Notes: generated by a model from the sequence alone, not told the origin. DNA of 56,939 bases from an uncultured Verrucomicrobiota bacterium (GCA_964521805.1 CAZFSE010000003.1:1-56939); one strand, 5' to 3'; shown: positions 44,946 through 55,469, counted from the stretch's first letter. Program-made: numbers and translations.

Positions 44946-46406
44946 TTACTCGACCACAATGTCATCCAGATAGAACGTAACAGGGCGGTCCTCGCCCTCC
45001 ACCACCCAGGAAAAACCGGTGATGATCCGGCAAAGATCCTGTCCCTTCAGCGGAATGGCAAATTCCTTCCACTTGGACGTTACCTTGGCTTTTTCCAGCG
45101 CAATGCAGGCCGAGTCGTACGGAGCCTTGCGCCTTTCTCCCAACCCCAGCTTGAAGGTGATTCTTGCCGAATGCGCGCCCTCATCCACGCGCGCCCAGAA
45201 TCTCAGTTGCTTGGCGCCGGTCAAATTAAAGCCGCCGGGGTACGAGCCCCAATTGTTCTCCGGGTTCTGCCAGGCCACCCCGCCCCAGGAGGTGTCGGAA
45301 TTGTAGACCGCTTTGATGCAGGTTTTTCCACTGCGGGGATTCTCCGTCCACCCCATCTCCATGGAAATGGCATCCATGTTGCCCATATAACCCGAAGGCA
45401 CATATGGTCCCTCCGCCTCCCCGGACTCCCTGTAAATCACAAAGGGAAATGAAACCTGGGGAGGCACAAACTCCTTTGCAAGAGCCTCCGGAGCCTTGGC
45501 CGGCAAGGGTTGTTCCGGTTGGGGCGGTTGTTCAACCAGCTCAACCAGCAAATCAGATGGGGGCTCTGGCATGGTTTCGTCCGCCGCATAGGAGGATTCC
45601 ACGGCGCGATTTTCCAATAATTCCGCATAGGGATCTTTGCGCGACGGCAGATTCTGAGCGGACTCTGCAGGGCGGGGCAATGGTTCCTGCTCCGTATAGG
45701 CTGGAGGCGCTGGCGGCGGCTCACTCACCGTTGGCGCAGGAGGAGCCTTGGCCGGTTCCTTCCGGACCGGGACCCCCGCACGCTCCACGCGAACGGTGAT
45801 GCCGGCCAGGGAAGTCCTCCCTGCCGTATTCGGCGCTCCCGCCGTGGAACGGGGCGGAAGATGGGAGGCCAGGGAGGAAGAAGGCGCCGCATGGCCTTCT
45901 GTTCCTTCGCGCGCAGAACTCAACGCATTCAAACCCGCCAGCGTGAGCCCCCCCATCAGGAGCAGGAACAGGCCATGGCCCAAACGGCCATGCGCCAACA
46001 GAACAATCCCGGCCAGCAGGGTCACAGATAACAGCACACCCGGCAGGATCATGGAATGTCCAAAAATGAAAAATCCGGCAAGGCCAATCAGGAAACTGCC
46101 CCATCCGGCGGCCATGACGACTGGGAGGAACTCCGGTTCCCCTTTTTTCTTCGCCACGCTGGCCTTCGGCGCTTCCTGCGCCAATTCTTCCGGCCTCTTC
46201 AGAACAAGGGTTTTGGAAGAGGGTCTCCGCGCTGTCGGGGAAGGCACAGGGACCGTCAAATGCTCATCACACTCCGGACACAGCAGGGACGTCCCCGCGG
46301 CCTCAGACGGAACGGTGATCTCTGCCCCGCAAGAGGAACAGACAAGCATAAGCTCACCGCTCTTCGATGTGACTGAACTCATACTCCCGCCGGGTTGAAT
46401 GGCCAT
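44946..46406 (-). CDS. Membrane protein: N-terminal zinc ribbon, TM segments, Pro-rich linker, C-terminal carbohydrate-binding-like (CBM11/CIA30-like) beta domain
   Basis: CSSCGAEITVP...CPECDEHLTVP, then hydrophobic FLPVVMAAGWGSFLIGLAGFFIF... segments, then PAPTVSEPPPAPPAYTEQEPLP. The C-terminal GKTCIKAVYNSDTSWGGVAWQNPENNWG...LRFWARV is CBM-like. The exact start is uncertain (46406 or 46382). Confidence 0.55.
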   Translation of the reverse strand: MAIQPGGSMSSVTSKSGELMLVCSSCGAEITVPSEAAGTSLLCPECDEHLTVPVPSPTARRPSSKTLVLKRPEELAQEAPKASVAKKKGEPEFLPVVMAAGWGSFLIGLAGFFIFGHSMILPGVLLSVTLLAGIVLLAHGRLGHGLFLLLMGGLTLAGLNALSSAREGTEGHAAPSSSLASHLPPRSTAGAPNTAGRTSLAGITVRVERAGVPVRKEPAKAPPAPTVSEPPPAPPAYTEQEPLPRPAESAQNLPSRKDPYAELLENRAVESSYAADETMPEPPSDLLVELVEQPPQPEQPLPAKAPEALAKEFVPPQVSFPFVIYRESGEAEGPYVPSGYMGNMDAISMEMGWTENPRSGKTCIKAVYNSDTSWGGVAWQNPENNWGSYPGGFNLTGAKQLRFWARVDEGAHSARITFKLGLGERRKAPYDSACIALEKAKVTSKWKEFAIPLKGQDLCRIITGFSWVVEGEDRPVTFYLDDIVVE

Positions 46407-46579
46407 GACCGGATTGTGAAGGGATGGGGGCCCAAGTCAAACTTAAATAAACACCATGCGCTCCTCAGAAGGCCTTGCGCGTTTCGGAAAAACGTCCGGC
46501 CATTCTCCTGCTCGACACCCACACAGCCCTGCTGTATCCTGCTCTCTGTACGCGAGAACAATACTCTTGGAAAAACGCC

Positions 46580-47665
46580 ATGGAAACGCAAAACATCTAC
46601 AAGAAAAGCGAAGCAAAGGACTCCAAGCAACCCGTCTCCGCGGATGTGGATTTGACCATGGCACAGGCCCGGACACGAACCATTCGCAATACGCTGGCCT
46701 TCATCGGCCTCGTGCTGGTGGTCCTGGGGATTTCCTCCTGGCTTGTGTACCGCCAGGAAAGCCGCCAGGAAGCCGGCGATCCGTCCACCAATCTGGAATA
46801 CATGGCCACCTTTTCCTTGCAAAGCCAGGGGCCCACCAATCCACCGGCCCTGCCCCCCCCCTCCCAGCTCACGGCCAAGGCCATGCCGTCATTTGCGGAT
46901 GCCGCACCCAAGCTGGACCCGGCCCTGATGGCCCGGGCCATGGGCGAGGTGCGCATCGGCCATCAGTACCTGATGGCCCAGGATTTTGAAAAGGCCGAAA
47001 TTCACGCCCGCAAGGCGCTGGATATTTATCCCGACATCAATCCCGGACAGCGGCTTCTGGGCCTCGTTTGCATCCACCGGGGCCAGTTTGACCAAGCGGT
47101 TGCCTTCCTGGAGAAGGCCATTAAATCAGACCCCTTCAATCCCGAAACCTACAACAATCTGGCCACGGCCTACATTCAAAAACGCCTGTTTGAGAAGGCG
47201 GAGGAAAGTCTCGAAACAGCGCTTCAACTCCAGCCGGGTTATGTGCCCGCCTATTTCAACATGGGCTTGCTCAACTTGGCCGCCGCCCGCTATGACGCGG
47301 CGGCTGACTACCTTGAGCAAGCCTTGGACCGGTATCCCAACAATCCAACCGCCCGCAACAATCTGGCCGTCGCCTTGGTTCGCATCGGGCGCATGGAAGA
47401 GGCCCGGAAGCAGTTGCTCATCCTGATCCAACAGCAACCGGATATGGCCGCCGCCTATTTTAACATGGCCATCACGTTTGGAATGGAAGACAATGTGACG
47501 GAGGCCATGAATTGGATCCGGCAGGGCTCGGATCATTGCACCCCCGTGGTCTGCCAGAAATTTCTCTCCGACAGCGACTTCAACACCATCCGTCAAACCC
47601 CGGAGTTTCAACAGTTTTTCAAGACACTCTACCCGGACGCGCCGTCGGTGGCCTCCCCGCGCTAG
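46580..47665 (+). CDS. TPR-repeat protein with N-terminal TM anchor
   Basis: I prefer the ATG at 46580 (METQNIYKK...). TM segment IRNTLAFIGLVLVVLGISSWLVY. At least six TPR units are present (e.g. AVAFLEKAIKSDPFNPETYNNLATAY). Confidence 0.8.
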   Translation: METQNIYKKSEAKDSKQPVSADVDLTMAQARTRTIRNTLAFIGLVLVVLGISSWLVYRQESRQEAGDPSTNLEYMATFSLQSQGPTNPPALPPPSQLTAKAMPSFADAAPKLDPALMARAMGEVRIGHQYLMAQDFEKAEIHARKALDIYPDINPGQRLLGLVCIHRGQFDQAVAFLEKAIKSDPFNPETYNNLATAYIQKRLFEKAEESLETALQLQPGYVPAYFNMGLLNLAAARYDAAADYLEQALDRYPNNPTARNNLAVALVRIGRMEEARKQLLILIQQQPDMAAAYFNMAITFGMEDNVTEAMNWIRQGSDHCTPVVCQKFLSDSDFNTIRQTPEFQQFFKTLYPDAPSVASPR

Positions 47666-47709
47666 GTTTCATTCTTGATTTTCCGGCCACGCCTCTTCAT
47701 GCTTTTCCC

Positions 47710-48459
47710 ATGGATGCCAAACAGATGCTTCAACAGGTGGCCGCCGGCGCAATCTCTGTCGAGGAGGCCTTGCGGCAATGGCCTTCCAACGGGGAACACA
47801 ACCTGGGATTTGCCCGGGTGGACTTGGATCGAAAACGCCGGCGAGGCCTCCCGGAGGTGATCTTTTGCCCCGGAAAAACAGCGCCACAGGTGGCGGAAAT
47901 TGCACGGGCCTTGAACAAGGCCGGCCAGGATGTCTTTGCCACGCGCGCCACACCGGAGGTGTATGAGGTGGTCCGGCAAGCGCTTCCCTCCGCACAGTAT
48001 CATGAATTGGCGCGAGCCATCACCCTGGATGCCGCGCCTCCCCCCGCCCCGGTGGGGCTTGTGGCCGTTGTCTGTGCGGGAACGGCGGATCTTCCGGTCG
48101 CGGAGGAAGCCGTCCTGACCGTCACCCGAATGGGCGCAAAGGTGGAAAAAGTCTATGATGTCGGCGTGGCGGGCCTGCACCGGCTCATGCCCCATCTCGA
48201 CCTGCTCAAGAGCGCCCGTGTCCTGGTCGTCGTCGCCGGCATGGAAGGCGCCCTCCCCTCCGTGGTCGGAGGCCTGCTGGACCGCCCCATCATTGCCGTG
48301 CCCACCAGCATCGGCTATGGCATGAATCTCCAGGGCGTAACCGCCCTGCTGGCCATGCTCAATTCCTGTGTGCCCGGCATTTCGGTCGTCAACGTGGATA
48401 ATGGATTCGGCGCCGGAGTGGCGGCCGCGCTGATTAACCGAATCGGAGAGCGCGCGTGA
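47710..48459 (+). CDS. larB: LarB (pyridinium-3,5-biscarboxylic acid mononucleotide synthase; AIR-carboxylase-like)
   Basis: MDAKQMLQQVAAGAISVEEAL...GFARVDLDRKRRRGLPEVIFCPGKT...VAVVCAGTADLPVAEEA...VVAGMEGALPSVVGGL. Confidence 0.8.
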   Translation: MDAKQMLQQVAAGAISVEEALRQWPSNGEHNLGFARVDLDRKRRRGLPEVIFCPGKTAPQVAEIARALNKAGQDVFATRATPEVYEVVRQALPSAQYHELARAITLDAAPPPAPVGLVAVVCAGTADLPVAEEAVLTVTRMGAKVEKVYDVGVAGLHRLMPHLDLLKSARVLVVVAGMEGALPSVVGGLLDRPIIAVPTSIGYGMNLQGVTALLAMLNSCVPGISVVNVDNGFGAGVAAALINRIGERA

Positions 48460-49652
48460 AGCACCTGCAGGTTGACAGCATCGGCGGGGCCAGCGGGGAT
48501 ATGCTCCTGGGCGCTTTAGTGGCGCTGGGCGCGCCGCTGGAAAAGATTCAATCGGAATTGGAGCCACTCGTTCATGAGCCCTTTGAAATCCGCAGGATCC
48601 CCTGTGAGAGCCACCACCTTCATGGGCACCGCCTCGAGGTCATTCTTCCCCCTCAAGAACATCACCACCCTGCACACCGGACCTTCGCTGAAATCCGGGA
48701 CATGATTCAAAACAGCGCGCTGGCGCCAGAGGTCAAGGATCTGAGCGCGCGCGTCTTTCAGTGCCTGGCCGATGCGGAGGGGCTCATGCATGGAATCCCC
48801 GCCGAGCAGGTTCACTTCCATGAAATTGGCGCCGTGGACTCGATTGTGGATATCGTGGGCGCCTGCCTGGCGCTCTGCTGGCTGGAGATCGGCGGCGTCT
48901 CCTTTGGCCCTCTTCCACAGGGCCGCGGCCTGATCCACTGCGATCATGGGCTCTATCCAAACCCCGCGCCCGCCACGATGGAAATCCTCACCGGCCTGCC
49001 GGTGGAACAAACCGATCTGCCCTTTGAGCTGGTCACGCCCACCGGCGCGGCCCTGCTGAAAACCTGGAAGACCGCCACCCGCGCGCCCTCCGGCAGTTGC
49101 CCGCTCAAGACCGTCAACAGCTTTGGCCATCATGTCCTCCCGGACCGCCCCAATCTACTGCGCGCAACTTTGCTGGAAACCGCCGGCACCCCACAGGAGG
49201 ACGAGTGCCTGGTGCTGGAGTGCCAGGTGGATGACACCACGCCGGAACTGATCGGTGCACTGACTGGACGCCTCTTGGCCGCCGGAGCGCTCGACGTGTT
49301 CACCACTGCTATTCAGATGAAGAAACAGCGGCCCGGCGTGCTCCTGACCGTGCTCTGCCCTCCTGCCCTCAAGCCCATCCTGGTGGACTTGATCTTCCAG
49401 GAAAGCACCACCTTCGGCATCCGGGAACGCCTCACAAGCCGGACCATTTTGGAGCGCCGGATGGAAACTGTGGAAACCCCGTACGGGCGCATCCCCATCA
49501 AGATCGGCCGCTGGAAAGGCCGGGACATCACCCGCGCCCCCGAGATGGAGGCCTGCATTTCAGCCGCGCAGGCTCATCAGGTGCCCGCACGAACCGTTTA
49601 TGAAGCCGCTCAAGCCGCCTCGCGGCTGATTTCCCCCAAGGAGAACGCATGA
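48456..49652 (+). CDS. larC: LarC nickel insertion protein (DUF111 family)
   Basis: GTG start overlapping the larB stop. Motifs: MKHLQVDSIGGASGDMLLGAL, HFHEIGAVDSIVDIVG, and a C-terminal MKKQRPG...ETPYG.I.IK domain. Confidence 0.85.
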   Translation: MKHLQVDSIGGASGDMLLGALVALGAPLEKIQSELEPLVHEPFEIRRIPCESHHLHGHRLEVILPPQEHHHPAHRTFAEIRDMIQNSALAPEVKDLSARVFQCLADAEGLMHGIPAEQVHFHEIGAVDSIVDIVGACLALCWLEIGGVSFGPLPQGRGLIHCDHGLYPNPAPATMEILTGLPVEQTDLPFELVTPTGAALLKTWKTATRAPSGSCPLKTVNSFGHHVLPDRPNLLRATLLETAGTPQEDECLVLECQVDDTTPELIGALTGRLLAAGALDVFTTAIQMKKQRPGVLLTVLCPPALKPILVDLIFQESTTFGIRERLTSRTILERRMETVETPYGRIPIKIGRWKGRDITRAPEMEACISAAQAHQVPARTVYEAAQAASRLISPKENA

Positions 49653-51469
49653 CCCTCCCCCTCCGCGCTTTCACGATGCTGGCCGCTCTTTTCCTGCTCG
49701 GCCTGCCCGCCCATGCCATACTGACCGGAGCGGAAAAGGAACCCTCCTCCATCACCATCCCCGCCGTGGAGTTTCATGCGCATACCGCCGGTGCCGCTCA
49801 GAGCAATTATTGGAATCTCTACGAAAACGGCGAACTTCTATGCGAATTCGATGTCACCTCCTCCGGATCCTGCGCCATCGTCATCATCGCCCGCGGCGAA
49901 CCGGCCGCCGGGGAATGGCCGATGATGTCCGTCTCCTTGAATGCCGAGACGATTTATCAAGCCCCCGTCTCCTCCACCAATTGGTCGCCCTATGTCATTC
50001 AACAGCCCCTCGGCGAGGGCCGTCACGAAATGGCCATTGGCTTTCTGAACGACTTCTTCCAGGAACCGGAAGACCGAAACCTGCACCTCTCCTCCATGAC
50101 CATCTCCTACTCCAGTTCCAATGGCACCATCGAGCGTGTATCCCAGGCGGCGTACCAAAAGGGGCATGCGGCACGGATGGAGGCTTGGGACAAAACCGTG
50201 CGCGAGCGAATTGAACGCAACCGCAGGGGTGCCCTCGTGGTTTGGGTCTACGACGAAAAAGACAACCCCATCCCCAATGCGACCGTTCGCGTGGAGCAGG
50301 TGCGCCATGAGTTTCTCTTCGGCTGCGCGCTGTCCTCGGCACAGTTTGAACCCTCCTCCACCAACCGGGAATCCCTTCTGTACCGGGAGCATTTTTTACG
50401 GTACTTCAATCATGCCGTGCCGGAAAATGCCCTGAAATGGGACCAGATGGAGCCCACATCCGGCCTCACCAACACCGCCGTCGCCGATCGCATGGCGGAA
50501 TGGTGCGCCTCAAATCGCGTCCCCTTGCGGGGCCATTGCCTGTTCTGGGGTTGCCATGTTCCTGACTGGATCAAGGACCTTTCGGATGAAGAACTTCTCC
50601 AGCATATGGAACAGCGCACCATGCGCACCGTCAGCCGCTATGCGGGCATCATCACGGATTACGATGTCTTGAATGAACCCCTCCACTGCCCCTCCTTGGA
50701 AAAGCGGCTGGGACCCGCAGGCCTGCAAAAGATGTTTCAATGGACCCGTGACGCCGATCCGATGGCCGGGCGCTACCTCAATGAGTACAATGTCCTGGCG
50801 GGCGGCCGGGCCGGCGAATATGCCATGTATATCCAACAAAAGCTCAGCGAGGGAATCCCCATCTCCGGCATTGGCGTTCAGGGACACTTTACCGGCACGG
50901 CCGATCCCCGCCATATTACGCGAGTCCTGGACCGGCTGGCCGCCTTCAACCTGCCCATCAAGATCACGGAATTCGATTGCGACAATACCAATGACACCCT
51001 CCAGGCAGAGTGCCTGACCACGCTCTACCGCGCGGCCTTTGCCCATCCCGCCGTGCAGGGAATCCTGATGTGGGGCTTCTGGGAAAACGCACACTGGCGG
51101 CCCCGCGCCGCCATGCTGAGGTCCGATTTCTCCAAAACACCCATGGCCAAGGCCTATGAAAAGCTCGTTTTCAAGGAGTGGTGGACCGAGGATTCCGGCA
51201 AAACCGATGAAGTGGGCCGGTATGAATGCCCTGCCTTTTTCGGGGAACACGAGGTGCGCGTCACCCTGCCAGATGGGCGTACGGAAAGCCAGATTCTACA
51301 CCTGCCCTCCAAGGAGCGAGCCGCCATCGCCATGTTTCACCTGGGGCCAGACACGCCAAAAGCCGCCCCCGAAAAACGTGCGAGGAAAGTCATTCCGGAC
51401 GTTTCCACGCCGAAAGCCCCTGCGAGGGAAATCTCGGATGATGAGCTCAATGCGCCGGTCGGACGCTGA
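49649..51469 (+). CDS. Secreted GH10 endo-beta-1,4-xylanase with an N-terminal CBM-like module
   Basis: Signal peptide MTLPLRAFTMLAALFLLGLPAHA. GH10 motifs: ENALKWDQMEP, RGHCLFWG, YDVLNEP (acid/base), ITEFD (nucleophile). The start overlaps the larC stop (ATGA). Confidence 0.85.
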   Translation: MTLPLRAFTMLAALFLLGLPAHAILTGAEKEPSSITIPAVEFHAHTAGAAQSNYWNLYENGELLCEFDVTSSGSCAIVIIARGEPAAGEWPMMSVSLNAETIYQAPVSSTNWSPYVIQQPLGEGRHEMAIGFLNDFFQEPEDRNLHLSSMTISYSSSNGTIERVSQAAYQKGHAARMEAWDKTVRERIERNRRGALVVWVYDEKDNPIPNATVRVEQVRHEFLFGCALSSAQFEPSSTNRESLLYREHFLRYFNHAVPENALKWDQMEPTSGLTNTAVADRMAEWCASNRVPLRGHCLFWGCHVPDWIKDLSDEELLQHMEQRTMRTVSRYAGIITDYDVLNEPLHCPSLEKRLGPAGLQKMFQWTRDADPMAGRYLNEYNVLAGGRAGEYAMYIQQKLSEGIPISGIGVQGHFTGTADPRHITRVLDRLAAFNLPIKITEFDCDNTNDTLQAECLTTLYRAAFAHPAVQGILMWGFWENAHWRPRAAMLRSDFSKTPMAKAYEKLVFKEWWTEDSGKTDEVGRYECPAFFGEHEVRVTLPDGRTESQILHLPSKERAAIAMFHLGPDTPKAAPEKRARKVIPDVSTPKAPAREISDDELNAPVGR

Positions 51470-51620
51470 AGGCCATCCCCCGTGGCAGAGGGATCATGCC
51501 CTTGAGTTTGTATGCCGCACATCACTTCCCATGGCCCCGCCCCATTTCATGTCCAGATCCAAATGCACTTCGTACTACTATCCGTCGTTTTCTTTTTTTT
51601 CTGACAAGTGACAGTCGAGG

Positions 51621-51726
51621 AAGCGGGAAGTAGACGCGTTTATTGCCTTCCTGTAAGGGGGCATGGTGCCCCAGCCTTATACACCCCGGCGCAAGGCCGA
51701 GGGATTCGGATGGTAGCGCCGCAGGC
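51621..51726 (+). repeat. Copy B of the ~100-nt intergenic repeat (see 25025..25128)
   Basis: Same orientation and core sequence as copy A. It lies 152 nt downstream of the GH10 stop and ~180 nt upstream of recC. Confidence 0.7.
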
Positions 51727-51908
51727 TGGCTCCCATCACGCCCATCTACAAGCCCCAGAATTCAACCCGTTTGGTTACGGCACTACCACACTGGGATCTT
51801 CGTTCCCTTCTGTTAAAAAAGATCTTTGAACCAGGTTTTATTTATCGCCGTCGGGGGTTGTTAAGGTACTATGGGCCTTGTTTTGGCGTTAACCGCCGCG
51901 AGGAATTC

Positions 51909-54900
51909 ATGTCCACGCTGACCCTTCATGGCTCCGGTTCACCGCAGGCCTTGCTGAGCAAGGCCTGCGAGCTCTTGCGTGCGCCACCCAGCGGCGGGAA
52001 CCCCCTGCACATGCGCTGGGTCGTCCAGCCCAGCCGCCTCTGGGAGCGAACCCTGCGCCAGCGCCTGGCCGACGGCGGCATCGCCGCGGGCCTGACCTTC
52101 GGATCCCTGCGTCTAACCCTGGAACGCGCCTTCCGCCTCCTCTGCCCGGACCGCCCCCTCATGGACGAAGATCAGCTTTTTTGGACCCTCCTCGGCCTCC
52201 TGGACACCCACCAAAATCGCCTCGATCAGATCGGCCTGACCCCCGGCACCGCCCCCGCCAAATGGCTGGCCAAAAAGTCCAGCGACCCCTCCACGGGCCG
52301 CCTTCAGCTTGCACGCCTCTTATGCACCATTCTGGACGATCATGCCACACACCGGCCCAAGGAAATGCTCGAGTGGCTGGGGTCTGGGGCCACACCCGCG
52401 GAAGGCGATGAACAATGGATCGCCACACTGGCGAAGCGGCTCTGGCTGGAGGGCCGGAATCCCCGCCCGTTGGCCCTGCGCCTGCCTGAATTTCAATCCG
52501 CGCTCCTGCAGGCCACCTCCACACCCGCCGCGTTTCCGGAACAGGTCACCGCCGTGCTGACCGGGGCGCAACCCACCGCCTATCTGGAATCGCTGGGCGC
52601 CATGGCCCGGCATTGTCCCATCCATCTGCTGGTGCTCGAAACCTGCGAACGCGGCCTCTCCGATCAGGTGGCCACCTGGCGGGCCGTCCGCGCAAAATGG
52701 AAGGCCCATGCAAAACAGCAGTCGTTCCCGGCCTTCCTGACCGAACAAAAGTGGCTGGTTTCCGGGTCCCTGCAATCCTTCTGGGGCGGCGCGGGCATCG
52801 CCCTGCAACAGCAACTGGTGGACCTCGAAGAACACCTCGCCCATTTTGGAATCCAGGTCGAAGAGGATTCCCTTTCCACGCCCCGCCCTGCCCGGGAAAC
52901 CCTCCTCGGGGTCCTGCAACAAGACATCCTGGTGGCCCATCAGCCGCGCAAGGTCTCGGAGCGGTCCAGCGCCCCGCCCCACGAAAGCCTGCGCATGCTG
53001 AACGCCTCCTCGCCCCTGCGGGAACTCGAAGGCGCCCGCGATGCCATTCGCTGGGCCTTGCAGAACAACCCGCACCTGAAACCCTCCGATGTCCTGCTGG
53101 TGCTCACGGATACCGCCCGCTACGCCCCTCTCCTCCCCGCCGTGTTTGGCTCTCACGCCGGCGACAAAACCGCCTCAACGCCTCTCGGGCCGGATGGCTT
53201 GCCCCGCATCCCCTGGCACTTGGCGGACCGCTCTCTGCGCGCCGACAGCGACACCATGGCCGCCCTCCTCCAAATGATCAACGCCTTCGGCGACCGGATC
53301 ACGTTGCCCGTTCTGGCCGATCTGCTGGCACAGCCCGCCATTCAAGCGCGCCTGGGCTTCAGCCAGCAGGAAACCGTCGAGCTGGTGGGCCATTTGCATT
53401 CCGCGAACTTCCGCTGGGGGCTCACCCGCGAAGACCGCGAACAGGACGACCAGCCCGGCCAGGACGATGGGTTGTGGACGCTCGATTTCGCACTCCGCCG
53501 CCTCGCCGCCGGATTTGCCTTTCCCGATGACGCCCGGGATCCGGTGGGCGGCTCAACCGGCGTCACCCCCCTCCCCGCCTTCGAGGGGCTGGCGACCGCG
53601 CAACTCGCCAGCTTCATCCTGTGGGCACAAGAATTGGAGGCCGCCCGGGCCGGCTTCAAAATGGACCGCCCGCTGGGCGACGCAACCCTGGCGCCCGAAT
53701 CGTGGCTGGGCTGGCTCCATCTGTGCCTGCCCAAGCTGATCGCAACAGAAGGCGATCGCGAAGGCCAATCGGTATGGATCTCCCGCATCACGGGGCGCCT
53801 CGCGGAAGGCGCAAAACATCTGGCCCCCAGCGCCGTTTTTTCTGCACGCGCCTTCGAGACCCTGCTGGGCGAGGCCGTGACGGCGTTTCAGGAAAGCCTT
53901 CCCATCGGAGGCGGCATAGGCGGAATGACGGTCGCCTCGCCCCGCATGGCCCGAGCCCTGCCCGCCAAGGTCCTGGTGGTCGCCGGCCTGTGCGATGGCA
54001 CCTGGCCCCACCAGGACTTGATGCGGCCACGCGGACTCCTGGCCAAACCCCGGCCCGGCGACCGGATGCGCCGCGAGGAGGACCGGCTCTCGACGCTGGA
54101 ATGGGTGCTTTCCGCGGAAGATCTGCTCGTCTGGACGTGGACCGGCCGCAATGAGCATAAAGGCAAGGAGATCCCCGCCTCGGTGGTCGTTGGCGAACTT
54201 CTTGATGTGTGCACCGCCACGTTCACCTCCAAACATTTTGTGCAGGCCTTGCAGATGCACGCCTTCCATCCGGATCATTTTACGCCGGAAGATGCGCGCA
54301 AGTCGTTCGATCAAGTTTCCGCCCTGGCCGCACAGGAACTCTGTGAGCCCGGCGGAGGAGAAACCCGGCCTCCCTCGTGGAACGCCCTACCGCTCAAGAC
54401 AGACCTATGGGACATCCCCGGCCTCATGGATTTCGCCAGCACGGGCAAGACGCCGGACTCCTGGACGGACAGCACGTGGGCATCCATGGCCTCGCACTTG
54501 GTCAAATTCTGGAAGATGCCTTGCAGGGCCTTCCTAAAGGTCGTGGGCATAGACACGGAAGATGAGCAGAATGTCCTGCCGGAACGCGAGGACCTGGACC
54601 TGGATGGCCTCGCCAAGTGGCAATTGCGCAATACGCTGATCAAGGATCTGCTCGGCCAGCCGGCATCCCTCGCCCCAGCCCAGGATGATGGAAGCGCGGC
54701 CTTGAAACGGCGCATGCAAAGAGCAGGCCAGCTCCCGCCGGGAAAAACCGGCGAACAAGGCTTCGACGATAGTTTTGCCGAAGCCCAGGAGATCGTCGCC
54801 AGCGCCCGCCAGTGCGCAGGCCCCAAGGGATGCATCAGCCTCCTTTCGGAGATGTGCTGGGATCCCGCGGAAATCACGGTCCGCGCCAGCGCAGGAACGG

Positions 54901-55469
54901 TGAAAGCCAAGCACCTCCTGCAGGCTCGAATTGAGCAATGCGCCTTCATCGCCCTGCACGAGGCGCCCTGCGCCTCGTGGGTAGTGGGCCGAAAAAGCAA
55001 GAAGGGCGGAACGCCCCTGCCCATCCTGGATCAAGAGACGGCCCTCCAGCAACTTCAGCAACTGACGGCCCTGGCCCTGCTGGGCACCTCCATGCCCCTG
55101 CCCTTCTTCCCGGACACCAGCGCCAAACTGGCCGAAGGCAAGGAGGATGCCTCCACCTGCGCGGAACTCTTCTGGGAAGGAAGTTCTTTTCAGGAGGCGG
55201 AACACCCAGAAAGCGAGGACCCCGCCGTGCGCCTCGCCTTCCGGGGCCTTGACCCACTCGAAATGGGCCTGCCGTCAGCGCCGGTTCAGGAGGCCGACGC
55301 CTGGAACAGCCTGCTGAAAATTGCCGGCCTGTCCGGAGGCGCGCCCCTGTTTGAGCAATTGTCCAACATCGTTTATGCCTTTCTCGATGACATCAAAAAG
55401 GCGGAGCAAAAAGCGAAAGCGGAGAAGGACGCTGGAAAAACCTCTGGCAAGAAACGGGGGGGCGCATGA
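51909..55469 (+). CDS. recC: RecC-like exodeoxyribonuclease V gamma subunit
   Basis: ~1186 aa from ATG 51909, with no Walker A motif. Its size and its position directly upstream of, and overlapping, a RecB-type helicase fit RecC. Sequence-level similarity could not be verified by eye. Confidence 0.6.
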   Translation: MSTLTLHGSGSPQALLSKACELLRAPPSGGNPLHMRWVVQPSRLWERTLRQRLADGGIAAGLTFGSLRLTLERAFRLLCPDRPLMDEDQLFWTLLGLLDTHQNRLDQIGLTPGTAPAKWLAKKSSDPSTGRLQLARLLCTILDDHATHRPKEMLEWLGSGATPAEGDEQWIATLAKRLWLEGRNPRPLALRLPEFQSALLQATSTPAAFPEQVTAVLTGAQPTAYLESLGAMARHCPIHLLVLETCERGLSDQVATWRAVRAKWKAHAKQQSFPAFLTEQKWLVSGSLQSFWGGAGIALQQQLVDLEEHLAHFGIQVEEDSLSTPRPARETLLGVLQQDILVAHQPRKVSERSSAPPHESLRMLNASSPLRELEGARDAIRWALQNNPHLKPSDVLLVLTDTARYAPLLPAVFGSHAGDKTASTPLGPDGLPRIPWHLADRSLRADSDTMAALLQMINAFGDRITLPVLADLLAQPAIQARLGFSQQETVELVGHLHSANFRWGLTREDREQDDQPGQDDGLWTLDFALRRLAAGFAFPDDARDPVGGSTGVTPLPAFEGLATAQLASFILWAQELEAARAGFKMDRPLGDATLAPESWLGWLHLCLPKLIATEGDREGQSVWISRITGRLAEGAKHLAPSAVFSARAFETLLGEAVTAFQESLPIGGGIGGMTVASPRMARALPAKVLVVAGLCDGTWPHQDLMRPRGLLAKPRPGDRMRREEDRLSTLEWVLSAEDLLVWTWTGRNEHKGKEIPASVVVGELLDVCTATFTSKHFVQALQMHAFHPDHFTPEDARKSFDQVSALAAQELCEPGGGETRPPSWNALPLKTDLWDIPGLMDFASTGKTPDSWTDSTWASMASHLVKFWKMPCRAFLKVVGIDTEDEQNVLPEREDLDLDGLAKWQLRNTLIKDLLGQPASLAPAQDDGSAALKRRMQRAGQLPPGKTGEQGFDDSFAEAQEIVASARQCAGPKGCISLLSEMCWDPAEITVRASAGTVKAKHLLQARIEQCAFIALHEAPCASWVVGRKSKKGGTPLPILDQETALQQLQQLTALALLGTSMPLPFFPDTSAKLAEGKEDASTCAELFWEGSSFQEAEHPESEDPAVRLAFRGLDPLEMGLPSAPVQEADAWNSLLKIAGLSGGAPLFEQLSNIVYAFLDDIKKAEQKAKAEKDAGKTSGKKRGGA

